64,000 nt of DNA, from NCBI GenBank assembly GCA_964016885.1, contig OZ024742.1, positions 98,208,001 through 98,272,000 of the forward strand. Direction: 5' to 3'. Positions within the stretch are counted from its first letter, which is position 1. Every line of letters starts with the position of its first letter. Below are positions 16,715-31,391 of this stretch, piece after piece. The position numbers and the translations under genes were made by a program. Origin of the DNA: Eledone cirrhosa (Eukaryota). The notes beneath the pieces are model-generated. The model was not told the origin of the DNA. It did no database searches and worked only from the letters and a program-made list of their open reading frames with translations.

Positions 16715-16773
16715 TTCCATTTACCAGTGGTTTCTTAAAAGCAAAAAAATGTGCTTTCAATCATCAGAATGAA
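16715..16773 (-). ncRNA. Type I hammerhead ribozyme, canonical core (inverted twin at 16791-16849, +)
   Basis: ttcatt-CTGATGA-ttgaaagca(catttttt)tgcttttaa-GAAA-ccactgg-TA-aatggaa, within fold-back cassette 16619-16880. Confidence 0.8.
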
Positions 16774-16942
16774 AAAGAGACCAGGATTTTTTCAATCTGA
16801 TGATTGAAAGCAACATTTTTTGCTTTTAAGAAACCACTGATAAATGGAATAATTGCCTTATGTTGTTTATTACATAATTATATATATATAAATATAAATA
16901 TCATATGCATATATACATATGTATATATATATATAAATATAT

Positions 16943-17967
16943 ATGGGAACGAGTAGGACCCCAACGGCTGAGCCAAGCCGTTTCGACGGCTAATTCTGGA
17001 CTAAATGAAAATTGTTATCCTGGTATTTGAATAGCCGAGCTTTTCAAGGGGTAATTCCATATATGGTCAAAGTGATTGTCACAGGGATTGGTCAAAAGTT
17101 TGTAGTTGAGACATGATAATTCTATGATGGCAATTTGTGGTGGGAAGGGGTAGCTAAACCTGCCAGTAGGAGAAAGAGGGAGAGGGGGTGGAGGAGACCC
17201 ATTCATGCGTTGATAGTGCCGGCTACAGCTGGGCGTGAGGTCAAAGAAGATACTAGGGAGGGGGAGGAAGTCGAAACACTAAGTAGAACAATAAGGGGTA
17301 AATATATAAAAAAATACTGAGTGTTAAAAATCAATTAAATGTAAAAATACTCGGTTTATTACTTATACCTCTTAAAAGGGTTTCATTTTAATTCCGTCCC
17401 ACCTAGTATATTTTGTTAGCCTAGTAATAGTGAGAGACTTAGGTCGTAGTAACCAGAAAATATTTATTTTTTTTCTTTTTTACATTTAATTTCTTTTTAA
17501 CACTCTCAGTATTTTTCTATATATTTACCCCTTATTGTTCTATTTACTGTTTCGACTTCCTCCCCCTCCCCCTCCCTAGTATCTTCTTTGACCTCACGCC
17601 CAGCTGTAGCCGGCACTATCAACGCATGAATGGGTCTCCTCCATCCCTTCTCTCTCTTCCTCCTACTGGCAGGTTTAGCTACCCCTTCCCTCCACAAATT
17701 GCCATCATAGAATTATTATGTCTCAATTACAAACTTTTGACCAATCCCTGTGACAATCACTTTGACCATATATGGAATTACCCCTTGAGAAGCTCGGCTA
17801 TTCAAATACCAGGATAAACATTTTCATTTAGTCCAGAATTAGCCGTCGAAACGGCTTGAGCTCAGCCGTCGGGGTCCTACTCGTTCCTATTACCCACTCT
17901 ACTACCCTAAGTATTGAGTACTTTGGTGCGTTATGGTCCACCTGGTTCCTTACCACATTTCTTCCGT

Positions 17968-17970
<3 letters not shown>
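16943..17970 (+). mobile_element. ~1-kb fold-back non-coding PLE-type cassette
   Basis: Near-identical inverted arms ~16945-17350 and ~17475-17889 (mirror ORFs in the track), ~120-bp spacer, ~80-bp one-sided tail, (TA)n on both sides. Confidence 0.85.
17780..17875 (+). ncRNA. Type I hammerhead ribozyme, U3:A8 variant with long stems II and III (twin at 16958-17052, -)
   Basis: acccc-TTGAGAA-gctcggcta...tagccgtc-GAAA-cggct(tgagctc)agccg-TC-ggggt; the twin has TTGAAAA. Confidence 0.8.
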
Positions 17971-18007
<37 letters not shown>

Positions 18008-18009
<2 letters not shown>

Positions 18010-18183
18010 AAAAGGTATGACCCCGACGGCAGAGCTCAAGCCGTTTCGACGGCTATTTCTAGACTAGGCTTGAGCTCTGCCGTCGGGGTCATACGTTTTC
18101 CTGTTTTCCAATCTCCTACCCTAAGTATTGAGTACTCTGGTGCGTTATGGTCCATTTGGTTCCTTACCACAATTCCTTTGTTA
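18008..18183 (+). mobile_element. Short fold-back copy of the 16943-17970 family
   Basis: The inverted arm starts at the same point and carries the same tail GTATTGAGTACTCTGGTGCGTTATGGTCCA. Further copies lie at 27176-27255, 29779-29918 and 55720-55918. Confidence 0.8.
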
Positions 18184-18204
18184 TATATATATATATATAT
18201 ATAT

Positions 18205-21200
18205 ATTAATAAAAGGAATTCCAACTTTGTTTCATTTACTCGTTTTATTTACAATCCTTTGAAATTATAATAATATTATAATGAAATAGTTTTTTAGAAT
18301 ATTAATTGTTAAATGTTAATTGAACAAGTACTTTCATGTTTACGCAATCTTCAGGTTCATATTAAGTGGTGACAGTCAAGTTTGCAATTTTCAACTGTAA
18401 TGAGATGGCTAAAATCTGCGCCTTATACACAGTATAAAGGGGCTACAGAATGCTAATTTTGCAAACTGTATTTCGACGAATATGTGTGGTTTCACTAGAT
18501 TACTAAAGCTGATTGGTTTAGGCGTCATGGTTGGTTGAGCATATCTAACGACTTCTATTTGACCCTATCCAAAGCATCAATTCTTTTGCTATTTTTAGAC
18601 ATATCTCAAAAGAAGAAAGCAAATCAAGAAAGTTATGGCAGCAGAAACAATTATTTCTCGACGAATATGCTGGAAATTACGGTAAAGACTCTGGAACTCT
18701 GAGAAAAAGCATTAAAAGTGGACGATTTCACCAACACAACATACGCCAGAACAAGTGGCAAAACAAACACTCATCTCACCTTCAAAGAAGAACTACGGTA
18801 AGAATTCTTCGCTTTTTCTACAAAAAACACCCTAACGCGAACAACATGAACAAAAAGCACAAATACGATAGATATTCCTTTGACCAGACAATGAGAAGTG
18901 GAAAAACTAGGAGATCATTCTCAAGATCTCAACAGAGACTACCCACAAGGAACGGGGAAAAAACCCGTAGAATAACCCGGTCACTTTCAAGATCTCAACA
19001 GAGATTACCCACAAGAAACTGGGCAAAAAACGATATGAACCTGAAAGCAAACCTAGGTCATTTTCCCAGATTGTTAAAAATAATGCTAACAAAAAATGGA
19101 AAAATAATATACATAATACCAAAAATAGGACAAGAAACCTAACGAAACTAAGTATAATATCACGACCAAAAGTACATCAAGCAAACACCAACAGGAATAT
19201 AAATCTTGAACAGAGAAAAATCCATTTTTTAACGTCAGGACAACAAAAACCGGAAAAAGAAAAACTCCAGGAGGAAACATACCCAAAACAATTAAACACG
19301 TAGATCTTAAAATAACTAATTTATCCAAAGGAGATCTTGATAATGATGAAATGCAAATCCTGTCAAAAGGACTGAAATTGACACCGACTCCAACAGTCAA
19401 CCACCAAGAACTAAAGGGGGATACCCAAGAATTCTGTCGTAAATTACGACTTGTAGAATTCTTCTCTGATAAAAGTAATGAGAGTGATGAATGACTAGTA
19501 AAGAATGAATGAAATTTCCATCCGCCAAAAGGAAGAAATAACTATCTCGACCAATACATTAATATCCTGTCAAAATTTCCTCTTAGACGTAATACTAATG
19601 TCAGGCCAAACATTAACAAATCGGAAATGTCTGCACTTAAACGTATAAAAAACGATAAAACATTAATAATTAAACAAGCAGATAAAGGGGGTGCAATTGT
19701 TATAATGGATGCTGAATACTACAAAGATTTGGTTGAGGAACAACTGAAAGACACAACATTCTACCATGAAATACCGTCAAATATAGACCACAACATCATG
19801 AAGAAGATCAACAACCTAGCTTCAAAATACTACAACTCACTTACTGATAATGAAAGAGACTACATCACCGATTTTGAGCCAAAACCCAGCAACTTTTATG
19901 GCTTACCGAAAATCCATAAGTCAAAAGAAATCCAACTGGCTGTAAAAGAACAAAAAAGTGAGTACATTAAATTACCACACCCAAAAGACTTAAAACATAG
20001 ACCTATTATAGCTGGTCCAACATGCCCTACCCACCGTCTAATCAATGTTGTTGACATTATTTTGAAACAACTATGTATTCACATACCTAGTTTCATCCGG
20101 GATGATATCGACTTCCTCACCCATCTTCCCAAAACCACGGAAACGAATTCACTTCTACGTATTTTTGATGTGGAAAGCCTTTACACCAACATACACATGA
20201 TTTAGGAATAAAGGCGGTTAAATACTGGGTGGAAAAACATAGAGAAGTGATTCCCACCAGATTCACAGTGCCATTTATATTAGATGCAGTCAGACTTATT
20301 CAGGAAAACAACACATTCTTCTTCAATGTGAAGAATTACATCCAAATTAGAGGCACAACGATCGGAACGAAGTTTTCCCCCGTTTATGCGAACTATGTAA
20401 TGGGATACTTAGAACAACAATTCTACCAAGAAATAGAGTAAAAATGTAGCACTGAATTTAGAAAGTACATTGAAAAGTCTTGGAAGAGATACCTTGACGA
20501 CTGTTTTATCACCTGGACAGAATCTCTAGATTCTCTGGATGAGTTCAATATCCTCCTGAATAACCTACACCCATCTCTCCAATTTACAAAAAAGATGAGT
20601 ATTACCAAATTACTATTCCTAGATATAATGGTAATAAAAACGACACCACCATTACCACGAATATATACTATAAACACACAGACCCACACCAATATCTGAA
20701 TTTTAAGTCGTGCCGTCCACCTCATACAAAAGCAACATCCCATACTGCATAGCCAGAAGAATTTGTACCATTGTAGAAGACACGAATACCAGGAACAAAC
20801 GCCTAACAGAACTGAGAGAATTTTTGCTCAAACAAAATACCCATCTCTACTAATAGAAAATGGCATACAGTGGGCTATAAAAATTCCTATACAACAACTT
20901 AGGACAACCCAAGGAAGAAGAACTCGTCATACCATTTATAATGACACACAACCCATGTCACTAGAATATCTTCAACACTGCCAAAGCAAACGTACAAATC
21001 ATTGCTCAAAGAAATGAATTAAAAGGTTTAATCACAGAACGGGCTTTGTAAGAGACAGACTAAAAATTTGAAGCAATTACTAACAAACGCAAAGTATGAC
21101 CTTAACAACAAAGACCAATCATTCACTGTATCTAAATGCAATGATAGTCGATGTGGCACATGTCGGTTCATATATACTGATGAATATATGAACACAAAAA

Positions 21201-21700
21201 CTGGAAAAATATTCCCAAATGCAAATATGAACTGCAAAAGCGGAAATCTAATTTTCTGCATTAAATGCTCGAATTGTGAAGAACTATATGTCGGTCAAAC
21301 TGGAAATGCACTATCGGAATGTGCAGGTTGCACCGACAGCAGATCAGAAACCCAAATGTCCGTCAGAAACCCCTGAGTAACCATCTAGCAACATGTGGTC
21401 AGAAAATATTTATAATATTTCCATTCTACAAACTACACAGCCCAAATGAAATCAAGAGAAAAATTAGAGAAAAGATGATAAATTCCAACCCAACCTAAAT
21501 GAACAATAATAATGCTTAGGGGTATTACTTCTACTATGACTACGCCTACGACCATGTCGACTACCGCCACTATCCACAACAATAATAATAATAATAAAAG
21601 TGATGTTAATTTTGATTGTTACTGAAGATTTTTTATAAAAATCCTAGAAAATGCTATTTTCATGATTTCTAAAAATAGCAAAAGAATTGACAGAGAAGAA
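18205..21700 (+). mobile_element. Neptune-type Penelope-like retroelement, near full length, decayed
   Basis: ITNLSK...ILSKGLKLTPTP (~19.31-19.39 kb), IIKQADKGGAIVIMD, FYGLPKIHK, RPII, FDVESLYTNI, GTxIGTKFSP, RYLDDCF, CNDSRCGTC linker, and NLIFCIKCSNCEELYVGQT GIY-YIG. Several stops and frameshifts. Inverted pLTR upstream. Confidence 0.9.
18321..18359 (-). ncRNA. Minimal type I hammerhead ribozyme in the inverted pLTR of the Neptune element
   Basis: tgaac-CTGAAGA-ttgcgtaaacat-GAAA-gtac-TT-gttca: perfect 5-bp stem I, palindromic stem III. Confidence 0.8.
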
Positions 21701-22429
21701 ATCCTCCGGGATACACTATTAACTATGGCCCTCCTAACTGACCCGAGATGGTTGGAGTTGGCTTTTGCGTACTTGAGGCACTCGTTCGGCTTGTGGTACA
21801 TTAAAAGTAAATTCTATACAGCAAATTCTAAGGAGTGTGGTTAAAGTAGTCTAGCTAAAGAGCAAGCGAAAATAGAATTATGCAGGAATCTGAAAATGAG
21901 AAATTATAAAATGTGCGTGTGAGGGGTGTTTGTGTGCGTGTTTATGTGAGTGTGAGGAGTAAATATTGTCTCCATATGGAGGGTTAAAGAGATGTGAAAA
22001 TTTAAGTCATCTACATAGGAAGTGTTTTATTAGTTAAATGTTAACAATAAAGAGGAAAATAACGTCCAGAAATTACAAAAAATTATAGTGTGAGAAATAT
22101 CACAGAGACACACGAAACTTGATCCAAGATTGTTCATAGAGAGTACCATTGGTACATGATGGCCAGATCAGATGAGTTTGGGATCAACCTAGCCAGCAGA
22201 TTTTTGGATGCCGATCTCCCTGTTAAAACCAAAGATAAGAACTTATTTGGTGAGTCTGATAGAAAAAAATAATTTCTAAACATTTCCAATTGTTATACAG
22301 ATAAAGATCCAATAGTTCCTTGTGGAGTCCCAGAGGCACCGTCAGAAAGTGTGTCTAGGGCACTTTTAAACCTGGGAGAGCCTAACCCTCTCCAGGTCTG
22401 AACACAGTCGTTTTTTTTCTTTAGAAGAA

Positions 22430-22590
22430 CTATCGAGCCAGTAGTGGACTGGTAATTTGTTTATCGACCTCGAAATGATGAAAGGCAAAGTTGGCCCCGG
22501 CGGGATTTGAACTCAGTGCGCGCAATGAAGTGAGACGAATACCGTACAGCATTCTATCTGACGTATTAACGACTCTGCCATTCGCTGCCT
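22430..22590 (-). mobile_element. tRNA-derived SINE, family A
   Basis: TTTATCGACCTCGAAATGATGAAAGGCAAAGTTGGCCCCGGCGGGATTTGAACTCAG. Confidence 0.7.
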
Positions 22591-23716
22591 AATTGTTATA
22601 TATATATTAATAAAAAAAATTGCTTTCATCTGCGTTTTAATTATGTATCTAACATAAAAAAAATACATATTCACTGCGACCCTGTCTTCATCTTTCGCCA
22701 CAAACACCGTTTGATAAATGAAGCCTCCAATACACAAACACTTACATGAAGTAAATATTTTTGGAAGAATCCATTTGACACAAAGTAAAATTACATAAAT
22801 GAATAAAAATATGAAGTAAACATTAAAATGATAGCGTTTCTATTATTTCCTAATCTTAGCTTACTATAATCGCTGCTTTTGCAAACGTATAATCGCAATT
22901 ATTTGCAAGTTCTCTCAACGATTTTATACATGGTTAGGGACAAATATCCATTGCAATTCGTGGTTCGTATTATCATACACGTTTTTGTTATAATCTATCT
23001 TTGTGTTGTAGTAATGTGCTTAAAATAACGTTTTAGAGTATTTGCTGCTTTTATTACAAATGTTATTTTACTAGGATTTCAATTTCACCTCTATTTTCAA
23101 AAGAAAATTAAGGAAAAAGCAAAAGCGTAAAGGAAGTCGAAACGACGTAATGTATTGAATTTCTCTTTACATACAAAAAGAAAATGTCCTTTTATTTCAT
23201 ATCGCACATAACATTTTTAAAATTTGTATTTCAATAACATGAGGAATTTTTATATAAAATAAAAGGAAATATAATTATATAAATTGCATAAGTATATATT
23301 AAATGATGTATTGATTCGTTTGCGCTTTATTTATTATAGTAGGTTATTGAAATTCAAGTCAAATTTTAACGTTTATATAAAATAGGAAATGAAAAGAAAT
23401 AGGTTTTTACTCATATTGCATTTTATTTAAAGGGATATTGTTCTTATGTTCCTTTTTCTATGCTTGCACTGGCTGGACAAAGCCCAAATCGTATCCCGAT
23501 TTCAATGTTGTAACCTGATTTAGAGAACACGACCCCTTTTCGGAAAGGCATGCAAGTTCGTCGTAGAGCTAACCCTCATACCTAGTTTCAACTAAATGAG
23601 TAGAAACAATGTTAAATAAAGTGCTTTGCTCAATGACACAATACATTAAGCGGTAAACAAATTGAACCCAAGATCGCAGGTTCAGCATCCGGAAACACAA
23701 GGTCTCACCCAATTAC

Positions 23717-24860
<1,144 letters not shown>

Positions 24861-25160
24861 ATATATACAGATGTCCGACGAGCATAAGATTCCAGAGTCG
24901 GGCCAGATCGATGCAGATCGAACCTTGAGCTGATCAATAACGAAACGCGCATCACCAATCAATTAAGGTAATGAAGGCTTAACAAACCGTCCTTGTATTA
25001 TTATCTTTACACTCTGGTTAGCTCTATACCTCGCTACAGATGTAAATCTAAATATTGACTGTTCACCTGAGTGAACCTACAGTAACTCCACGGTACACTC
25101 CCTGTACATATATATATATATATGAAAAAGAACACAAGAGCGTCTACAACATCAAAAGAT

Positions 25161-25220
25161 TTTTATTGGCTTACAATGTTTCTTCCTTACGTAACCGTAG
25201 GATTCGTCAGAGCTATAAAA
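25161..25220 (-). ncRNA. Type I hammerhead ribozyme, canonical core
   Basis: ttttatagct-CTGACGA-atcctacg(gtta)cgtaaggaa-GAAA-cattg-TA-agccaataaaa, in an ~130-bp island between (TA)n tracts. Confidence 0.8.
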
Positions 25221-25267
25221 GGGGTTTGATTGGTGTTATGGACTCTACCGACCAATATATATATACA

Positions 25268-25340
<73 letters not shown>

Positions 25341-26387
25341 TGTGTTATACATATATGTATATGTGTTATATATATATATATATACATCAAATGATATTAT
25401 TACTACCATGCGGTATCCTATATGTTAGTAACGTTTTGTATATATGTAGCCAGTGTTAAGCTAGACAAGGATCAAATGTTATACACTTACATTTATTTTT
25501 CTTCTTCTTCTTATTTTTTTTTTGCTTCATTCGGATCAATTTTGTGAGACAATGGAAAACTGTGAATGTGTCGCGACCTGCCAAATTGCAGGGAGAATCT
25601 GTCAAAAGCGAAAATCAATTACTGACTTCCTGGCCAGACATCACCATCAACGTGGCTCAAAGAATGACCACGATGATATTGATAACCCGGCTGTTGTATC
25701 AGAACCATATATAGATACAGATGGTCTAAGAGTCGAAACGAAATAGATCATAAACTTATAAGAGTAAACATTGAAATCATAATGCCATAATTGCCAACTG
25801 AAGCTGATACTGATGAAGAAAACAAAACGGGATCATATCCCAAATTCACATTGGATTAATTGCTAAAGGGAATAGTTTGGCAATGCGCCGTTTCTAAAAG
25901 TTCAGGACTTCGAAAGTACCAACTGATGATTCGAAAGATAAGAATAAACATATATGTCCAGCGCATCCTTTTACACTAACATTCACAAATGAAGAGAATT
26001 ATAAATGAGATTGGCTACTGGTCTCAAGTAAGATAATCCCTGTGTTGTACGAGTATGTTATATACAAAGGTTGTTGTAAGTTCTAACATGAGTATATCAT
26101 CCAATCACCTAGGTCAGAGTATTAAGATAGGATGGGGGAAAGTAAATGCCTACATTCCACATTACAAAAATTCACACTTTCAAAAGAAAACTATGTTGTT
26201 TGGGAAAAGGCAAACAAGATAGCAATGTGTGGTGCTTTAACATCTTCTATGCGCATGCGTTTGCGTGTGTGTATAGTGTTTTGTTTGATGTGTGTTCTTC
26301 TTTGGGTGACTGTGTATTGGTTAATGTATTCTATCTTAGTTTACTAGTGTGTGTTTATATGTGTTTGTTGCTATTGTGCTTGTGTAT

Positions 26388-26418
<31 letters not shown>

Positions 26419-27274
26419 TACTTCCCTTAGGTCAGTGTTGTTTGTTTGGGTGTTGTTGTTATTCCATTCATTTTTTTCTGTTTAGCCTTGGCCTTCTAAG
26501 TTCTATTTCGCTGGCCTCTCTGATTTGCCTATCTGCTGGGTCATTTCTATGTTTAGATATTATTCTAACTTCTATGTTGTCTATGTTACCGTTGTGTTGT
26601 TGTCTAGCATGTTCATATAGTACTGAAGGTGGCTATGGTTATGTATGCATCTGTGTCTATGTTCTTATTCGTAAATTTGCATTTCGCCACAGTGGGATTG
26701 ATAGAAAAAGTACTAGGCCCGGATACACTTTACATACTATCGACGTGATCAACTAAATAAATGCAGCGCACAGTGCGGCCGGAGCCTACTATATTAATGA
26801 ATATAGTTTTTAAAAACCTCGAAATTGAAACCTTAAAGAATCAGATTTCTCTGAAAATTCAAACAAAATACTAATGTATTTATATATCCTTTATTTATAT
26901 ATTATTAAATTCCTTTAACGGTTTTAATTAATGGGCTGTCGTCGTGCTGGAGAACCATTTTGATTTAGTCGTTTATAGCTTGACCAGTATTTTAAAGGTC
27001 TCATTCTTGTTGTGTCACTAAATTAAAGGCACAAACATAAACAGAGACACGCACACACTCATCCACACCCACGCACCATCACTCACAGAAAGAGAGAAAG
27101 AGAATGGCACATACACACACGCACACACATACATATACACACACATACACAAACACATATATATATATATATATATAACAAAGAAGGTGTGGTAAGATAC
27201 CAGGTGGACCATAACCACCAGAATACTCGATACTTAGTCTAGTAGAGTGGATAATATATATTTAAATATATAAA

Positions 27275-28058
27275 TATATGGATGTATATATAATGTATTT
27301 TGCAATACACTTTATGCTTAATTAAAAGCATTTTGAAGACCGTAAGCTATTGTTTTAAAGTAGTGACAAATTCACTTACTTTGATCTCAGCAAACAGGGG
27401 AGATAAGCCGACAAGTCTTGTTTCGCTTTGGTTGAAGCTTATCAAGGCCAACTACCCCTCCTGTCTACCGAGATCATAGATGTTATATTCTTATAGAAAT
27501 CTAGTAAATAATCGGGAGCTGATTATGCAGAGCGGTTGTTGGTCAGGCAGAAATTAAAAATTAGAATTGGAGCTCTGAAATAGCAATATATATATGGATG
27601 TATATATAATGTATTTTGCAATACACTTTATGCTTAATTAAAAGCATTTTGAAGACCGTAAGCTATTGTTTTAAAGTGTATTGCAAAATACATTATATAT
27701 ACATCCATATATATATTGCTATTTCAGAGCTCCAATTCTAATTTTTAATTTCTGACTGACCAACAACCGCTCTGCATAATCAGCTCCCGATTATTTACTA
27801 GATTTCTATAAGAATATAACATCAATGATCTCGGTAGACAGGAGTGGTAGTTGGCCTTGATAAGCTTCAACCAAAGCGAAACAAGACTTGTCGGCTTATC
27901 TCCCCTGTTTGCTGAGATCAAAGTAAGTGAATTTGTCACTACTTTAAAACAATAGCTTACGGTCTTCAAAATGCTTTTAATTAAGCATAAAGTGTATTGC
28001 AAAATACATTATATATACATCCATATATATATTGCTATTTCAGAGCTCCAATTCTAAT
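27275..28058. mobile_element. Head-to-head tandem arrays of a 316-bp HHR-bearing unit (retrozyme-like)
   Basis: Direct repeats with period 316 in both arms (27280/27596 and 27676/27992). The arms are near-perfect inverted copies. Confidence 0.75.
27853..27896 (+). ncRNA. Type I hammerhead ribozyme, U3:A8 variant (twin at 27406-27449, -)
   Basis: ggcc-TTGATAA-gctt(caacca)aagc-GAAA-caagacttg-TC-ggct. Confidence 0.8.
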
Positions 28059-28734
28059 ATAAATATATATATTTCTGCACTTTCAATGTTTTACTCACAA
28101 AGTATTGGTCAAAATGAGGCGTTGCTTGAAGAAACTTTCCGAACGTTCTGTCAACACAGTTAGGATGTGCTTATATATATAGACATTGTAAATTAAATTT
28201 CATAAGAATAAGCAATAATTCCTGTACATCATGCCAAGTTGCAAATTATCAACTTATAATTGTCTTTCCATTATCTGTTATTGACCTTTTTTTTTAATAA
28301 TTGACCGGAAAACACACGCAAAATGACGACCAAAAAAAACAAAGACAACTTCTATAAACCTTACTATTATAGGTATGTCTGCTATTGAGTGAAATATCAC
28401 TTTACAACCAAATTATATGAATACACTTGAGAACGATGGAAATATCGCTCAAGAAAAATAGGATGTCAGCGATTTTCTGTATGAGTTTGAAATGGCTGTT
28501 CTGCTGGCTTCTATTCTAACGAGTGGTTGACATTCAACAATTAAAGCATGCAGCAAATATCAATCTATTTTAGATTGGGTTAGTTCTTTTTTTATTTGTT
28601 TATTCTATTATTCTCTTATTCATTTTCAGTTTTCAGTTATTATACTGTGGCCAAGTTGGGGCCCAGCCTTTAACGGTTTTAGATTATAATATCGACCTAA
28701 ATAATATTTTATTTCTAATCGTTTTAATATCAGT

Positions 28735-28935
28735 CAGAACGTAGGTGTAGTAGAACAATCAGAGCCTCGGACAAAATGCGTAATGTTATTTATTTCGGTT
28801 CTTTACATTCTGAAATCAAATCACAAGTTTGCCTCTCATCCATCCAAGACCAATAAAATAAATTACGAATAAGACACTGGTTTCGTTTAATGCCTTCCTC
28901 TCAATTGCAGTTCTTGTGCTTATGTTATAAACCAG
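28735..28935 (+). mobile_element. tRNA-derived SINE, family A (degenerate)
   Basis: TCGGACAAAATGC...CTTTACATTCTGAAATCAAATC...TTTGCCTCTCATCC...AATAAAATAA. Confidence 0.5.
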
Positions 28936-29189
28936 TGCTATACAGTGTATTACTTATTATACCGAGCTCTATGTGTCAAATGGTTAATTTACACGCTACG
29001 AACATGATCTTCTAAATTTACCGTGCAAGTAGCTGAGCATTGCGATGTTATTGTAGAATATATATATATGCTAAATATGCCGCACAGTGTGGCTTCTCCT
29101 AAAGCTATGAGATCGCGAATCGCATTCTTAAACCATATAGAAATGTTGTACTTGAATGCATTGTGATTTACATATATTAGTATATCAGT

Positions 29190-29372
29190 TGATTGGCAGT
29201 ATCGGCAGAGGGCCGGACACCATGCTTTGCAGCCTAGAGTTACAGTCCTTTACGATCTGAGTTCAAATCCCGCAGAGACTAACTTTGCCTTTAATCCTTA
29301 CTGGGTCTATAAAATAAAGTACCAGTACTGGGGTAATTGCTGGCCTTGTGCCAACAGTAGAAACAATTATTA
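29190..29372 (+). mobile_element. tRNA-derived SINE, family A
   Basis: GATTGGCAGTATCGGCAGAG...CTGAGTTCAAATCCCG...TTTGCCTTTAATCC...TAAAATAAAGTACCAGT...GCTGGCCTTGTGCC..TAGAAACAATTATT. Confidence 0.8.
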
Positions 29373-29972
29373 TATCATCGTTTGAAGAAGAGCACTGTGT
29401 GAGATGTGCGGATTTGTGAAGGACAAAATAAGTAAATACAAACTAATTAAAAAACAAAGGTTACTATATATTTACATCTGTTTTACGTTTGCAGATCCAT
29501 ATTTACTTACCGTGTTTGGCGGCTTATAAGACACATGGTGTTATACAGTGCATCTGAATTGGGCAGGCTTTAGGAAAAATCACATGCGTTTAAACTATGA
29601 ATGACAGGGGCAAGGTATATATTTGAAACATTGTATTTTGTTATTATTAGTATTCTACATCGGTGAACTAGGTGTCATATATTAGTACATTTTTAAACGT
29701 AAGGGAATGTGATGAGTTAATTTAAGAACTGCAACACTGAACTCCTCTAGTCAGTAAACCTAACTTTGACCTCAAAATATAGGAAACGAGTCAGGACCCC
29801 GACGGCTGAGCTCCAGTCGTTTCGACAGATAGATCATATTACTCACTCTATTCCCCTATGTATTGAGTACTCTGGTGCGTTATGGTCCACCTGGTATCTT
29901 ACCATACCCTCTTTCTTATATATATGTATATACATATATATATGTGTGTTTGCGCGCGTCGTGTGTGTGTGC

Positions 29973-30027
<55 letters not shown>

Positions 30028-30415
30028 AGTATTTACTTTCCACATTAATATCTTACACCTACAACTAACACCTTGGGAAAATCTATTCCAAGATACGCAT
30101 AAGGGCTTCCACGAACAAGCAGATAAACACAAAATCATTATTGGACTTTAATACACATCACAATAGACATTATCCCTGGCTTGAGGATACAATTTAATAA
30201 ATTAATCCCCTTGCATTAGGAAAACAAAAGCTAATAAAAACACATAGGTATCCGTCTTGCACTTGACGTGATCTTACGTTACTAGCATGGGCCATCTGTG
30301 TTTACAGTTGCCTGATATAGACAATCCGCATGCCTATGCACAAAATGCACAATCAAGCATACATGAAGCGTTTGAAACCGGAGGAAACAACCTTTATTTG
30401 TTGAAGACATTAGCC

Positions 30416-30527
<112 letters not shown>

Positions 30528-30813
30528 AAGAGAGAGAGGGAGAGGGAGAGAGAAAGAGAAAGGTGGAGAGTAATTACCCTTCATCAGGAGTATATACCTC
30601 AACAGAATGGCCGAGGAATACTTTCTTGATAAAGCATAATGGCCATGAAACATGTTGATTGTTCCTCGAAGCCAGTGTTGAAGAAACAGGTGACGATCGG
30701 TCACCGCCACGGTACATATTCAAATCGGACTGTTTGTTTACAAACGAATCGAACATTATTCTCATTGTTCGATATAACCCATACGTACATATGGATATAT
30801 ATATATGTGTGTG

Positions 30814-30844
<31 letters not shown>

Positions 30845-30848
<4 letters not shown>

Positions 30849-31265
30849 TACTTAGGTTTGTTGGTTCACCACTGGATAGAAGTGGTCATTCCGTATGGTA
30901 AACCTCGATGTAATATTATGGAGAGCAACGTAATGCAACTCACCCGTCTTCGTTTGTGTAGTTGGTGGTGCGAGTACGGAGTTAATTATTATAAAATAGC
31001 AGGATGCTGGACTTGTGTATTCCTTAAAAGGTTTATTATACTATGATCATTTCAATGACCGGGTTCAGTATGAATCCGGTGACATCAGATATTCAAAATA
31101 TAACAAAGGAATATAATAGACAAAATCCGTGGGGCTGAAAATCAGAGACATGAGGGCGACCGAACATTTAGCAGCTTCTACCCCGGTCGGCCGCCCTACT
31201 GAACCCGGTCATTGAAATGATCATAGTATAATAAACCTTTTATTATACTCCTGTTATTTTATAAT
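30845..31265 (-). mobile_element. Fold-back cassette with degenerate HHR
   Basis: Inverted arms ~31027-31069 and ~31195-31240. Minus strand 31038-31092 reads atat-CTGATGT-caccgg...ccggtcatt-GAAA-tgatca-TA-gtat. Confidence 0.6.
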
Positions 31266-31335
31266 ATATACTGTATATATATATATATATATATATAGTG
31301 ACGAAACAATTGTATGAAATCATAATCCTTTATTT

Positions 31336-31391
31336 ACTGCTATATATATCTCGATGATAGCCATTGAATGCCTATGACCTCATCAGGCAGT
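31336..31391 (-). ncRNA. Type I hammerhead ribozyme (GAGA for GAAA)
   Basis: actgc-CTGATGA-ggtcatagg(cattcaatg)gctatcatc-GAGA-tatata-TA-gcagt. Confidence 0.6.

Noticed and set aside
17015-17817. Two pairs of near-identical ~62-aa ORFs on opposite strands
   Set aside because: A by-product of the inverted arms, with no coding signature.
19490-19515. Two in-frame TGA codons in the Neptune ORF
   Set aside because: They fall at probable Ser (TCA) positions in a copy that has other stops and frameshifts.
25920-25950. CTGATGA-ttc-GAAA hammerhead-like boxes
   Set aside because: No stem I, II or III pairing; probably chance.
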